DNA from: a virus
IMG/VR virus record: IMGVR_UViG_3300020411_003820
Coordinates: 1-64,000 of that record
Length of the DNA stretch: 64,000 bases
Direction: 5' to 3' (one strand)
The position numbers were made by a program, and so were the translations under genes. This document shows positions 33,821-43,845 of this stretch, one piece after another. The notes under the pieces are model-generated. The model was not told the origin of the DNA, did not search any database, and was given only the letters and a program-made list of their open reading frames with translations. The number at the start of each line of letters is the position of its first letter. Position 1 is the stretch's first letter.

Positions 33821-36592
33821 TTATTCGCCGCGATTATATTCGCGCTTCAAATTATAAGTAATATTCACATCTAATTTTTTACCTGTTTTCTTTGACGTCA
33901 ATCTTAGTTTAAATTTTTTATTCCATATTGGGCTGTCGGCTAAACCGATTTTTAGTTTATTAAGCACTTTGCTAGAGCTATCTGAAGTTTTGTAAGAACT
34001 TTCATCAATAACAAGATGTTGGTAGCTTGGCCTTATATCTAATATTTTTTTAAATGAATCTCTAGTTTTTGCCGATTTTCTTTTTTCTGCAGCTGTTGCA
34101 AAATTATATATATCAAATATTGGATAATTATATCCTCCGTCATCTACCAACGTAGCCTTATGAATTACAGAGGGTCGACCCGGGTTGCCATGTTCGTTTA
34201 CAAATCTAAACACGTAATAATAATCTTTATTAGTTTCTATCTTATCATAACAAATGTATTCTTTTAAGGTGTGTTGACTATTTTCTATCTTTAAATCAAC
34301 AGTTTTTATCAATTTGCCATCAAAATCTGAAAACTTTTGTGGAGGTTTGTCTGTTCTATACACTTGTAAAAATCTTGGATACGATATAGAGCCTTTATCT
34401 ATTGGTGTTTTTGGCAAAAGATTATTAGAAAACATATAATCTTTTCTATAGTTATCATCAGCTTCACTAATAGCAGGTGGGAATTGTTTATTATCTGTAG
34501 CAGTATATTCGATATCATACCCAATGCGGTTTGAACCATCTTCAACGGGAAACGGGAGCGCTTGGGCTGTGTTTGGTGGCGCATCTAATATTTTAATTGT
34601 TTTTGACGTCAAGGGCATTTCTACAACTTTGATTGACGGTTGTACTGTTACATTAAAATCTGCAAGGTATTTATTTACATTTGCAAGCTGAGAGGTAGTC
34701 ATAAAATCATTGTTAACCGCAACATCTCCACTTCCTTCTCCTTTGTAAAGGGCTGGTCTTGTTTCACCAGTTAAAGGATCGTAAAACTCTAAACAGTATA
34801 ATGGCTTTTGGGCGCCGTCTTCTCCTTCATCAAGTTTTGCAATAACTCTGGTTATTCTATGGTCAGATAATTCATACCTTGAGCCAGCAGTGACAACATA
34901 TGCATAAACTTTATATGTGTATTCTTCTCCATATTTAACTTGGGTATCACAAAAATCAAAATCTTTTTGCTTAGAAGAATCTGGTGTTCTGTTAGTTAAT
35001 GCATTACAATTGGAAAACCAAAAATTTTGTATCACGCGTTGTGTGTTAGAATCACCAGTGGGAGGTCCGCCAATTTTTTCAACTCTATACGCAATTGTTT
35101 CGGTGTATTTTCCGGCAGAAGTATCATCATGAAATGGTTCTTTAATTTCGTTTAAATATTTTGATTCATCAGCAAAATCAAGAAAATCAAGCAATACTTT
35201 GGTGGCACTGCGATTATTGTGAAATCTATAGTTTCCATCGGTGTCATACGCAGATTGACGGGGCAGAGAACTTTGTCGGCCCATAAAGCACCAATCTGAT
35301 TTTGTGTTTATATACCTAAGTCTAGCTTCATTTAGCATCACGCCTAAATCAGCTAAACGTACGTCAACCGTTCCAACTTTATTTATGTTTCTTCTTTTAA
35401 TTCTTTCTCCAAATTGTGCGACAAATTGGTTTTCATCTGGTTGGAAATAAGTTGGATTAGTGCCAAAAACTTCTTTAAGAGCTACTAAAAGTTTGCCACT
35501 AAAATTATTTTGTCGAAAGGACTCGCAAAAATAACCTGTCTTAGATGCTTCAAAACTAATTTTTGCATAATATGGAAATAAACTTTTATTTGGTATCGCA
35601 GTTTGAAACACGGTAGCCATTGCATGTGCATCAAATAAAATATTATTTGATTTTTCCATAATTGCCTGCTCATCTTCAAATCGTAAAGGGTTTTTTGGAA
35701 CATCAAAATTAAGATATTTTCTCATACGATGACGACGGTTTTTATTAAATTGTCTTTTTTCTCTAATACTAAAATTTTCTTCATTTTCAAAATCAGTTTC
35801 ATCTTTTAATAAATCCGACCATTCGCTTTTTGGTAATTTATATCTTGAAACTGCATTTATATCTTCTTGTTTAAAGAAGCGCTTCAGCCGTACTTCTTCT
35901 ATGTCGTCAGCCTCGCTAAACATTTGTAATGTATAAAGGTTGGGTATTAATTTTTCATCAGGCAGATTCCCAGCATATCTTTCGTACTTTTTCATAAAAC
36001 GATTATATTCATAACCAACGTTGATTTCATCCATAATTGGTATTTGTTTGAATCTTTGTTTTAATTCTTCTACTTCTAAAGATGTATATGGCATTTCATA
36101 TTTATACCAATGATCAAAATACTCAGCATCCATAAACATTCCATCATACTCAGTATCCATGTAAACTCCGCCATTAATAAAAGCATCCCATTGCATATCA
36201 TTTTCAATTTTATCAGCGTCACCATAAATACGCCCTGAATATCTTATAACAGGCACTGCATTGGCAGAATCATAGCGAATTGCATCCAGCGTTCCCACAT
36301 TAGCAGTAGCTAAAGATGCCACATTCCTAATTAATGCATTTGAAGTTGGGTCTTTCGGGGGCTGGTACGTGTCCTTACTTTTGTTAGCTTTATTTATATC
36401 TTGATTTTTTAGAATTCTTTTTTGGCGGCTTTTATCCGTTTCTCTAACAAGATAAGTACCGTATCGATTTCTTGGGTGTGGATCCTTCGTTACAACTAAA
36501 CCAGCGCCGATTGTTGTTCTAAAAGTATCGACCGAGCCAGACATTAAGGTTGGATCAAATATCTTAACCAATTTTGATCTAAATTCACTCAT
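33821..36592 (-). CDS. Large hypothetical virion protein with FN3-like motifs
   Basis: DTQVKYGEEYTYKVYAY and DKIETNKDYYYVFRFVN..G.P..PS. Confidence 0.6.
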   Translation of the reverse strand: MSEFRSKLVKIFDPTLMSGSVDTFRTTIGAGLVVTKDPHPRNRYGTYLVRETDKSRQKRILKNQDINKANKSKDTYQPPKDPTSNALIRNVASLATANVGTLDAIRYDSANAVPVIRYSGRIYGDADKIENDMQWDAFINGGVYMDTEYDGMFMDAEYFDHWYKYEMPYTSLEVEELKQRFKQIPIMDEINVGYEYNRFMKKYERYAGNLPDEKLIPNLYTLQMFSEADDIEEVRLKRFFKQEDINAVSRYKLPKSEWSDLLKDETDFENEENFSIREKRQFNKNRRHRMRKYLNFDVPKNPLRFEDEQAIMEKSNNILFDAHAMATVFQTAIPNKSLFPYYAKISFEASKTGYFCESFRQNNFSGKLLVALKEVFGTNPTYFQPDENQFVAQFGERIKRRNINKVGTVDVRLADLGVMLNEARLRYINTKSDWCFMGRQSSLPRQSAYDTDGNYRFHNNRSATKVLLDFLDFADESKYLNEIKEPFHDDTSAGKYTETIAYRVEKIGGPPTGDSNTQRVIQNFWFSNCNALTNRTPDSSKQKDFDFCDTQVKYGEEYTYKVYAYVVTAGSRYELSDHRITRVIAKLDEGEDGAQKPLYCLEFYDPLTGETRPALYKGEGSGDVAVNNDFMTTSQLANVNKYLADFNVTVQPSIKVVEMPLTSKTIKILDAPPNTAQALPFPVEDGSNRIGYDIEYTATDNKQFPPAISEADDNYRKDYMFSNNLLPKTPIDKGSISYPRFLQVYRTDKPPQKFSDFDGKLIKTVDLKIENSQHTLKEYICYDKIETNKDYYYVFRFVNEHGNPGRPSVIHKATLVDDGGYNYPIFDIYNFATAAEKRKSAKTRDSFKKILDIRPSYQHLVIDESSYKTSDSSSKVLNKLKIGLADSPIWNKKFKLRLTSKKTGKKLDVNITYNLKREYNRGE

Positions 36593-36597
36593 TTTGG

Positions 36598-38271
36598 TTA
36601 ATACTTCCCACCTTTTGTATACATTGATTTCATGTAGTTATCAGATTTGCTTATTGAGCCTTGTCTAATTCTCATTGAGCTATTAGATACTGCTTGAGCT
36701 TTTTGAGATTTCATCATTTGCGGTGCACCAATACTGCGAGATACAGAACTGCGTGAGCCGGCTTGAATTTTGAACATGTTAGATTTTTGCGTAAGTCCAC
36801 TAAAACCCTGAGCGGCGCTTTTTTGTAAATTTCCAACGACTGGTGATTTTGAAATTTTCATAGAGCTTCCTCCTGTCATCATAACACTACGTTGGGATGC
36901 CATTGGTGCACCGCGCAAAGTAAAAGATGACATGCGAGATGCTTGTGGAGCAGCTTTTTTAACTGACATACCTTGGCCGAGCATTTTTGTAAATGCACTC
37001 TGCGATCCTTGTCCGCGACCGGGCATTTTCAATCCTGGGGCTCCCATTTGGGCGCCCATTCTAAACCCGTCTGGACCCACTTTAAATCCGCCGGGTGCTG
37101 CAGTAAGTTTTGTTTTTGCAGCTATTAGTCTAGTTTGAGGCCCTTGTCCATACTTAAAAAGATCTAGTTTTGACGATGCTGCCATGTTAAGAATGGTAGC
37201 TGGGGTGCTACTCAAAGCACTAAAAGGATCTATAGCACTTGATCTAAATGCTCTAGTTGGAATTCTTTTTGGGCGACCGAAAACACCGTATGCATTAAGT
37301 TCTGCAAGTTTTCGAGCTTCTCCAACACTATTAGCTACAATACTAGCAGCAGCATCTGACAAATTAGTCGCAACAATTTCAGAATTATTAAGAGGGCGAT
37401 TTTTAATATGACTAAAGCTTTCCACACTTCTAACACGGGTGGACAACATTTGCTCAGCAAATGTCATAAAAGCGGTGTTAATGATTGTCTGATGGCGTCT
37501 GGGGTGAATTATGCAACCAAATTGAGATGTTAACATAGTAGCTTCGTTGTTGGAGTATATAACCTCATATTTATCTTTACGAATTTCTGTGCCCCCATTA
37601 GCTAAACGATCTTTACGATATCTTTCGTATAAACCATTGTAGGCTTTTTGATCAATTTTTGCAGATGATTCTGGAATAGTAAATCTTCTAACTTTTTGAT
37701 CTGGACGTCCAGTAACATCTTTTGGCTCAAGCAACTCTGGTGGCTGGTTCCATTCATCGGGAATAACAACCTCAAACTGTTTCTCTGGTACATTATCACG
37801 GTTGCCCAATTGCGGAGTCTTTGATTTTACCTGGGGATCGCTTTTGACTGCGGTGCCGCGATTGATCGAGGGCGTCGTTCCGGACGTCGATGCCCTTTTG
37901 GCCGCCTTGGCTTCGGCATCGCCGCCGCTGCTACGGGTAGAAATGGCGCCTTTGGCTGCTTTTGCTGACGCGCCTCCGCCACTGACTCCTGCTATATCAT
38001 CATCGGGGTGACATGCTCCTGCGAGGAACGTCGAACCCGGCGGGCAAAAACAACCGCAATGTCCAGCTGGACATTTATAATATGTTTTAGCTGGTTCTGA
38101 TGCACACGGATCTATCGCAGAGGCTAGCGCGTCATCCAGCAAGCTGACGGCGCCGCCGCTGTAGCTGCTTTTTTTAGTAGCAGTAGAACTACTAGAACTA
38201 CTACTGCGGCCCGTTCCAAAAGACGTAGAGCCTCCAAAACCACCAGCAGCCATACCAGCACCAAACCCCAT
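36598..38271 (-). CDS. Low-complexity basic protein with N-terminal Cys-rich module
   Basis: CPAGHCGCFCPPGSTFLAGAC; Ser/Gly/Met/Lys-rich; GGAGG RBS. Confidence 0.6.
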   Translation of the reverse strand: MGFGAGMAAGGFGGSTSFGTGRSSSSSSSTATKKSSYSGGAVSLLDDALASAIDPCASEPAKTYYKCPAGHCGCFCPPGSTFLAGACHPDDDIAGVSGGGASAKAAKGAISTRSSGGDAEAKAAKRASTSGTTPSINRGTAVKSDPQVKSKTPQLGNRDNVPEKQFEVVIPDEWNQPPELLEPKDVTGRPDQKVRRFTIPESSAKIDQKAYNGLYERYRKDRLANGGTEIRKDKYEVIYSNNEATMLTSQFGCIIHPRRHQTIINTAFMTFAEQMLSTRVRSVESFSHIKNRPLNNSEIVATNLSDAAASIVANSVGEARKLAELNAYGVFGRPKRIPTRAFRSSAIDPFSALSSTPATILNMAASSKLDLFKYGQGPQTRLIAAKTKLTAAPGGFKVGPDGFRMGAQMGAPGLKMPGRGQGSQSAFTKMLGQGMSVKKAAPQASRMSSFTLRGAPMASQRSVMMTGGSSMKISKSPVVGNLQKSAAQGFSGLTQKSNMFKIQAGSRSSVSRSIGAPQMMKSQKAQAVSNSSMRIRQGSISKSDNYMKSMYTKGGKY

Positions 38272-39326
38272 TAGAAACCTCCTAAAGTAAATGTAAATGG
38301 CTTAAAACTCATTGAACTCAAAGCATCCGATTCTGTTCTAGAAACTCCTGTTTTTTTCGTGGCAGTTTTAGTTCCAGAACTAGAAGAACTAGAGCCTCCG
38401 GAATAAGTTGATGTTATTCCTGTTTTTGCGCCGGCGCCGAGACTTGCAACAGGATCGCCCTTACTTACAGTTTTTGAGCTACTACCGGGCGATTTTGATG
38501 TTTTTGTTCCGCCATGTGTAGAACCAGCTGAACCCTCCGAGGGATCCCATATTTGTTTGCCACCGGGGCCCATCAATCGCGGATCATCACTGGAAACCCG
38601 TTCGGCATCTTCAAAGCCATCATTTTCCAATTTGTCTCTTACAACTGGATTTTCTCTTGGTGGTGTTTTTCTTGGGGCCGGCGGCGTATAAGTTTTAGCC
38701 GGTGGCGCGTCTTTTAAGCCGGCTATAATTAATTCTTCTTCGGATAATATGGCGGATTTGGTGCCGGGTTTGTTCATCATTACCACCTCAAAAGGCATAC
38801 AGTATTCAACACCATCAGAAGTTGTTATTAATATGTTTTTATTTAAATCACATTCATAATTTACTGTAAATTGATCTGCCCCGTTGCTTGTGTTGCTAAC
38901 CATAATAGCAACATCGCCAGAAGGTATATACGAAATTTGCCTATCGTCCCTATCAGACGATAGTAGATCGTCACTATTTTCTCTCAATAAAACTATGCCA
39001 TTCTTACTTGCTAACGCTTGCTTATATGCCTCTTCGAGTCCATACAATTTCTGTTTAGTTACATCACAAAATAACAATTTTTGACCGCTATCAAAACCAC
39101 ATGCAAAATCAGTTTGATCCCTACCTTGTTTTGAATCACTAATTAATTCATACATTGGAGGTTCATCATCCAAAACTACTCGTTTGTTTGGTGGATCTGC
39201 TGGTGGATCTTTTTTGGTATTATTTATTAAAGACTGCCAGCCTTGCATTTCAGCTGCATCTTCTTTGGTAATTTTTGCTAAATCACCTGATTTAGCTTCG
39301 TTAATTGCTGATTGTTTAGCTGGCAT
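38271..39326 (-). CDS. Hypothetical protein with Ser/Thr/Lys-rich tail
   Basis: 351-aa ORF in the operon. Confidence 0.6.
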   Translation of the reverse strand: MPAKQSAINEAKSGDLAKITKEDAAEMQGWQSLINNTKKDPPADPPNKRVVLDDEPPMYELISDSKQGRDQTDFACGFDSGQKLLFCDVTKQKLYGLEEAYKQALASKNGIVLLRENSDDLLSSDRDDRQISYIPSGDVAIMVSNTSNGADQFTVNYECDLNKNILITTSDGVEYCMPFEVVMMNKPGTKSAILSEEELIIAGLKDAPPAKTYTPPAPRKTPPRENPVVRDKLENDGFEDAERVSSDDPRLMGPGGKQIWDPSEGSAGSTHGGTKTSKSPGSSSKTVSKGDPVASLGAGAKTGITSTYSGGSSSSSSGTKTATKKTGVSRTESDALSSMSFKPFTFTLGGF

Positions 39327-39351
39327 TGCAAAATCTCACTATACTATAAAA

Positions 39352-40086
39352 CTAAATTTTTATTACTTCATCTTCATCAAAATCAAAATTTAAATTTGGA
39401 TTGGAAAAGTCCTTAAACTCAAGATTAGAATTATCAACTGTTGGATTGGCAACAAACTGTTGAGTAATTTTAAAAACCGGCAACATCGCGTCAGATTTTA
39501 AGGTGAATTGAAGCTCATTAAGTTCTTGCACAATGTCAATTAAATTTGATGTTTCTGCTGTTTTTAATTTTTGTTGTCTTAAATAAACTTCTTTAAGCTC
39601 TTCTTGTGGCTGGGGCTCAAACAATGTATTTTTACTAAAATTTTGAAACATTACTGTGGCCGGGATCATCGGAGCTTTTGAAAATTGTTTTTTGACGCTT
39701 TTGATATCGGTGATGTTGGGATTAGGAATAACAGTGTTATCGGTTTCAGTCATTTTTAAAGAATAACCAGTTTTTAATTTAATTTTTGTTCCGATATCAT
39801 GTTCTTTGGAAACGGTATCTTTACTAATTTCAGTCACCACACCAGCACCGATAGAAGACATAATCGTCCTAGACATCTCTTTCATACTCATATTTTTATC
39901 GGCTTGTGCAATTTGTCCAGATTTATTAAGACTATTAATTACTTTACCGATTTTGTTCATACGACCATCAGGTTCAACTGAGCAAAGTTTATCGCCTACG
40001 CGAGCGCGCTTTTTTAGTATTGGTACGGGACTTTTACCAATCCTTTTAACTTCCGCTAATTGCAGTGGTGTTATTTGTCTAGGCAT
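39352..40086 (-). CDS. Hypothetical protein
   Basis: 244 aa; AAGGA RBS. Confidence 0.6.
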   Translation of the reverse strand: MPRQITPLQLAEVKRIGKSPVPILKKRARVGDKLCSVEPDGRMNKIGKVINSLNKSGQIAQADKNMSMKEMSRTIMSSIGAGVVTEISKDTVSKEHDIGTKIKLKTGYSLKMTETDNTVIPNPNITDIKSVKKQFSKAPMIPATVMFQNFSKNTLFEPQPQEELKEVYLRQQKLKTAETSNLIDIVQELNELQFTLKSDAMLPVFKITQQFVANPTVDNSNLEFKDFSNPNLNFDFDEDEVIKI

Positions 40087-40149
40087 TTTTATTGTTCCTT
40101 TGAAGTAAATATAATAAACTTATATTTTTTGTAATTTTTAGCGTATTTC

Positions 40150-43100
40150 CTACCCTTTATACCGCCCTGATGCTTTAATTACTGATTTTAACGCTGAAGT
40201 ACTTGTTGATTCCAGTTGCCAAGTTCCATTGCTCATCATACTGTAGCAGCGGCACTTTTTGCTATTCTTCTTGAAGAGCTTGCCGCAGCAACAATCTTTT
40301 TTGCGTCTGCGCATGGCTCGATCTGATGGTGTTCCATATCTAGATTTATTATATTTCTCATACTTATTGCCATTTGTATAAACCCAATAATATCCAGCAG
40401 GATCAGAGCCGGCAGGGTTCATGTATCGCACGTACCTGCAATCTAACTTGTTTTTATTATGGTACTCTTTATTCTTCTTTATGTACCCCGCTTCGTAGCT
40501 GGCTTGGTCATCTGAAATTGAATCCGAAGATGATGCCGCGGAGTCGTTCGCTGAGCTTTTGGCTGCTTTTTGCTCGGTGGCGCTGGGTTTGTCGCTGCCG
40601 CCCACATCAATCACTATAAGATCATTGTTGTAGGTCGTCCCAGTCGACCCGAATGATTGTTCCTTTTCTAGTGTGTGTGTCGGTTGACACTTGCCGTTTT
40701 CGTCTTCTGCTGTTAAAGATGGGCATACACAAATGCCATCTTTAACTATTTTACCGCTACACTTTTTAGCGCCCGGAAGGGCCATCTGCATAAATGGGTT
40801 GCCACACTGGAAAGCGGTGGTTGGGCAACCGCCTTCAAACGCAGGATCAATTTCTTTTTCCATGGGGGGCAATGAAGCACGGAATATGGCGTCATTATAT
40901 TCTTGCTCGGCATCGCGATAGCGTGTTCTTTCATCGTTAATAAGCGACAAAAATTCGTTTCTATCATCAACCACAAAAGAGCTTCTAACATATGACTCAT
41001 GTGTCGCTCTATAATTTCTCTGATAAATAACAGGATTGAAAATACCATTTTTACCATTACCGTCCAATTCGCTTGAAGTTTTTTGTAAATACCTACCAAT
41101 TTTTGAGTTGGGTCCATAAAAATCATCAAATGTTTCTTGTAAAATATTCCAAAAAGCTTCAACTTGATCAAGATCTCCAGTATCTGGGGATATTCTTTGC
41201 AACAAATCTCTTGCTTCAAGCAATTGATCTGAAGTATTTCCATTAAATCTGTCTGTCAAAAATTCCATGTGTCTAACATACATGCACACAGAGTAAACCC
41301 ATGGAGCGCGGGTTGGATCATCGGCATATCTTTGATTTATGGCAGTTTGGAAAAAGTCGTTAAAACGATTATCTATGTTATTATAGCTACAAAATTGTCT
41401 TGCCAAGTCCACATACTCTTCTTTAAATATCATCATATTGTCATAGAAATTTTGTATTATTGCCAAGACACATTGTCTGGTACCATCAGCAATATCAATC
41501 TCCACATCATATTTATCATAAACTTTATCTTCATACTTATCCAACGTTGCTTGTTGATCAATATTTTGAAACTCAAAAGCCATAAGCCTATATCGATTGT
41601 TAATATAGTTTGCGTTTATATCTTCACCATAAATATAAGATAAATCAACACCAACTTTATCATTGAGAAGATTTTCGTTTACTACATGAAGTGATCTCTG
41701 AGCTAGGTAAGAATTAATAACGATTGAGGGTGTTGAAGATTTTTTCGACTTATCATTACGGTTGAGTGCGGCGGAGGCTCTTCCAATATTTCCCGGTCCG
41801 CTACCTTTACCAAAAAGACCTATTCCTTTTCCGCCCCCACCAGAACTAAGTTTGTTTCCAGCGCTGAATAAAGTTGTCCCTCTTAGGCGATCGCTTGGTT
41901 TTGAAAAAGTCTCAGGGGGATTTTTTTGTGCAATTTCAATTTTTTCAGGAAATTCTTGATGAGGGGCGCCATTTTCATAAGTTGTACCATGTCTATAGAT
42001 TTCGCCATGAGCATTTGGATGCGCGCCGCCGGGATGGTATTCGTTTGTTCCAGTCCGTTTTGGGTCAGTCCAACTCAGTGGCGTCACAAATGTCATTATT
42101 GGATGTTTGTGAGTTTGGTTTAATTTTGGTGATGGATCGTACTTATGTAGCCTTACTTGTAAAGGTTGATAGTAAGCTTGCACAAAAGGCATTCCAAAAA
42201 AATCAATAATCCTATCAACATCAAATATATTTGCTACATACGAATTTTTTCTTATAGCTGTGTCATAATCAAACAGAAAATAACCAAAAGTAACATTATA
42301 CTCTTCCATTGCAAAATAATTATCGTTTAATAAACCTTGATATTCTGGATCATCTAGTGACCAAACCTTACCATTTGGCAACATCATAAGTAGTAAATCG
42401 TCATCATCATAAGATGTAAATTCATCAGCACCTAATCCATCTATATAGCTTTCAAATCTGGTGTCTGCGGCCACATCATAATCAGCAAACGATACTCTAC
42501 TTGATGGTTGATTGGTAGTAACTATTTTACGGTCTAAGAAAAAATTCTTTAGTAAATCAGAACCTTTTGACATTTGTTGTGCGACAACTTTAGGATCTGG
42601 TAAATCATAAAGATTTTCTTTTTGTCTTCGATCAATTATTTTAGAGTTTGCTATCAAATTTTTGGCAACTTGTGGTTGTCGTTCTATAACAGCATTTGCG
42701 CGTGTTAGCAATGTTCCTAAATCTTCATAAAGCTGACCGGTGAATGTGCCTGTACTTCTTTCTGGCATAATACGGCGTGCTTTTTGTATTTCTGGCAAAA
42801 TAGTAATAGAATTACTTGTAGCCATGGCAAACTTAATCGAGTTAATAGATTCCATCAAGGGGCCTGGTCGGGGAGATGCGGCATTCTCTGCGAGTGCTTC
42901 TGGCTGATATGAGTCCAAAACTGCATTAAATTTTTGGATGATTTCAGGTCTTAAGTCAGGAACAGATTTATGGTGGGTGCCATTAATACTTTGCATAGGA
43001 ACATCGTTATATAACTCGTTATTAATATCAAAAAATTTAGTTTGTACTTGATTAGGAACAGTAAACGTAGGACTCTGGAAGTTTCCATCAGAAATTAGTA

Positions 43101-43845
43101 ACCTTTCGTACGCAATGTCTGAAAAATACAGAGCATTTGCTCGACTTGTTGTCATTCTATTGCGATTTTTAGGATTAAACAATTGACTTATTGGCTCTAT
43201 ACTACTAAACGCCAGTAAAGACAAGTCGCCGGCGGCGCCAGCAGACTTGTAACCGCTAAAAGGATAAAGCATGTCGTGTACTTTTTCTTTTACAATGCCA
43301 GAAACTTTAACTACTCTAGTCTCACCGTCAGTTGTAAAGTTAGAATATTCTTTTTTCAGCATTTTTTCTCGCAATTGCTTTTCATCAATATCAACGATTA
43401 TAGAATCGCTATCTTTATCAATAGATTTTAAAACATCAAACAACAGGGAGCTATCGTAAGTTAGCATCTCTACAACATCAAATGGATTGGAAAGGGTATT
43501 TAATTTTGCAATTGGTAATCCAAAACTTTTATAATCCAAAATGTCTGGGTTGTCGTCTTGTTTAATTTTATTGATGACGCCGGCTTGTTCGCCTATATAT
43601 GAAGGTGTTCTTGCTAGAAGCATATAAAAATGATAGCTTGACAATGTTTCAGATATTATTGCCATATTTTCTTCAAGTTTTTTATCTTGAATTTCTGGTG
43701 GCATGTTAAATAAAAATGAATAATGTATTTCAACCGTTATCATCTGATCGCCTTGATCGTCAATATAAACCCTATCAATATAAGGGACCGGATAATATTC
43801 ACCGAAATTTTTCTGTAAATTTCCTTCTAAAATTAATCTTGACAT
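40150..43845 (-). CDS. Large hypothetical virion protein with Cys-rich C-terminus
   Basis: 1231 aa; C-terminal GCP..FQC..KC..ICVCP..KC and DCCCG..KCRCY. Confidence 0.65.
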   Translation of the reverse strand: MSRLILEGNLQKNFGEYYPVPYIDRVYIDDQGDQMITVEIHYSFLFNMPPEIQDKKLEENMAIISETLSSYHFYMLLARTPSYIGEQAGVINKIKQDDNPDILDYKSFGLPIAKLNTLSNPFDVVEMLTYDSSLLFDVLKSIDKDSDSIIVDIDEKQLREKMLKKEYSNFTTDGETRVVKVSGIVKEKVHDMLYPFSGYKSAGAAGDLSLLAFSSIEPISQLFNPKNRNRMTTSRANALYFSDIAYERLLISDGNFQSPTFTVPNQVQTKFFDINNELYNDVPMQSINGTHHKSVPDLRPEIIQKFNAVLDSYQPEALAENAASPRPGPLMESINSIKFAMATSNSITILPEIQKARRIMPERSTGTFTGQLYEDLGTLLTRANAVIERQPQVAKNLIANSKIIDRRQKENLYDLPDPKVVAQQMSKGSDLLKNFFLDRKIVTTNQPSSRVSFADYDVAADTRFESYIDGLGADEFTSYDDDDLLLMMLPNGKVWSLDDPEYQGLLNDNYFAMEEYNVTFGYFLFDYDTAIRKNSYVANIFDVDRIIDFFGMPFVQAYYQPLQVRLHKYDPSPKLNQTHKHPIMTFVTPLSWTDPKRTGTNEYHPGGAHPNAHGEIYRHGTTYENGAPHQEFPEKIEIAQKNPPETFSKPSDRLRGTTLFSAGNKLSSGGGGKGIGLFGKGSGPGNIGRASAALNRNDKSKKSSTPSIVINSYLAQRSLHVVNENLLNDKVGVDLSYIYGEDINANYINNRYRLMAFEFQNIDQQATLDKYEDKVYDKYDVEIDIADGTRQCVLAIIQNFYDNMMIFKEEYVDLARQFCSYNNIDNRFNDFFQTAINQRYADDPTRAPWVYSVCMYVRHMEFLTDRFNGNTSDQLLEARDLLQRISPDTGDLDQVEAFWNILQETFDDFYGPNSKIGRYLQKTSSELDGNGKNGIFNPVIYQRNYRATHESYVRSSFVVDDRNEFLSLINDERTRYRDAEQEYNDAIFRASLPPMEKEIDPAFEGGCPTTAFQCGNPFMQMALPGAKKCSGKIVKDGICVCPSLTAEDENGKCQPTHTLEKEQSFGSTGTTYNNDLIVIDVGGSDKPSATEQKAAKSSANDSAASSSDSISDDQASYEAGYIKKNKEYHNKNKLDCRYVRYMNPAGSDPAGYYWVYTNGNKYEKYNKSRYGTPSDRAMRRRKKDCCCGKLFKKNSKKCRCYSMMSNGTWQLESTSTSALKSVIKASGRYKG

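Noticed and set aside
36598-38290. Shared C-terminal GG-aromatic ends (LGGF, GGKY) as a protein motif
   Set aside because: Explained by the overlapping Shine-Dalgarno sequence (GGAGG, GGTGGG) of the next gene.
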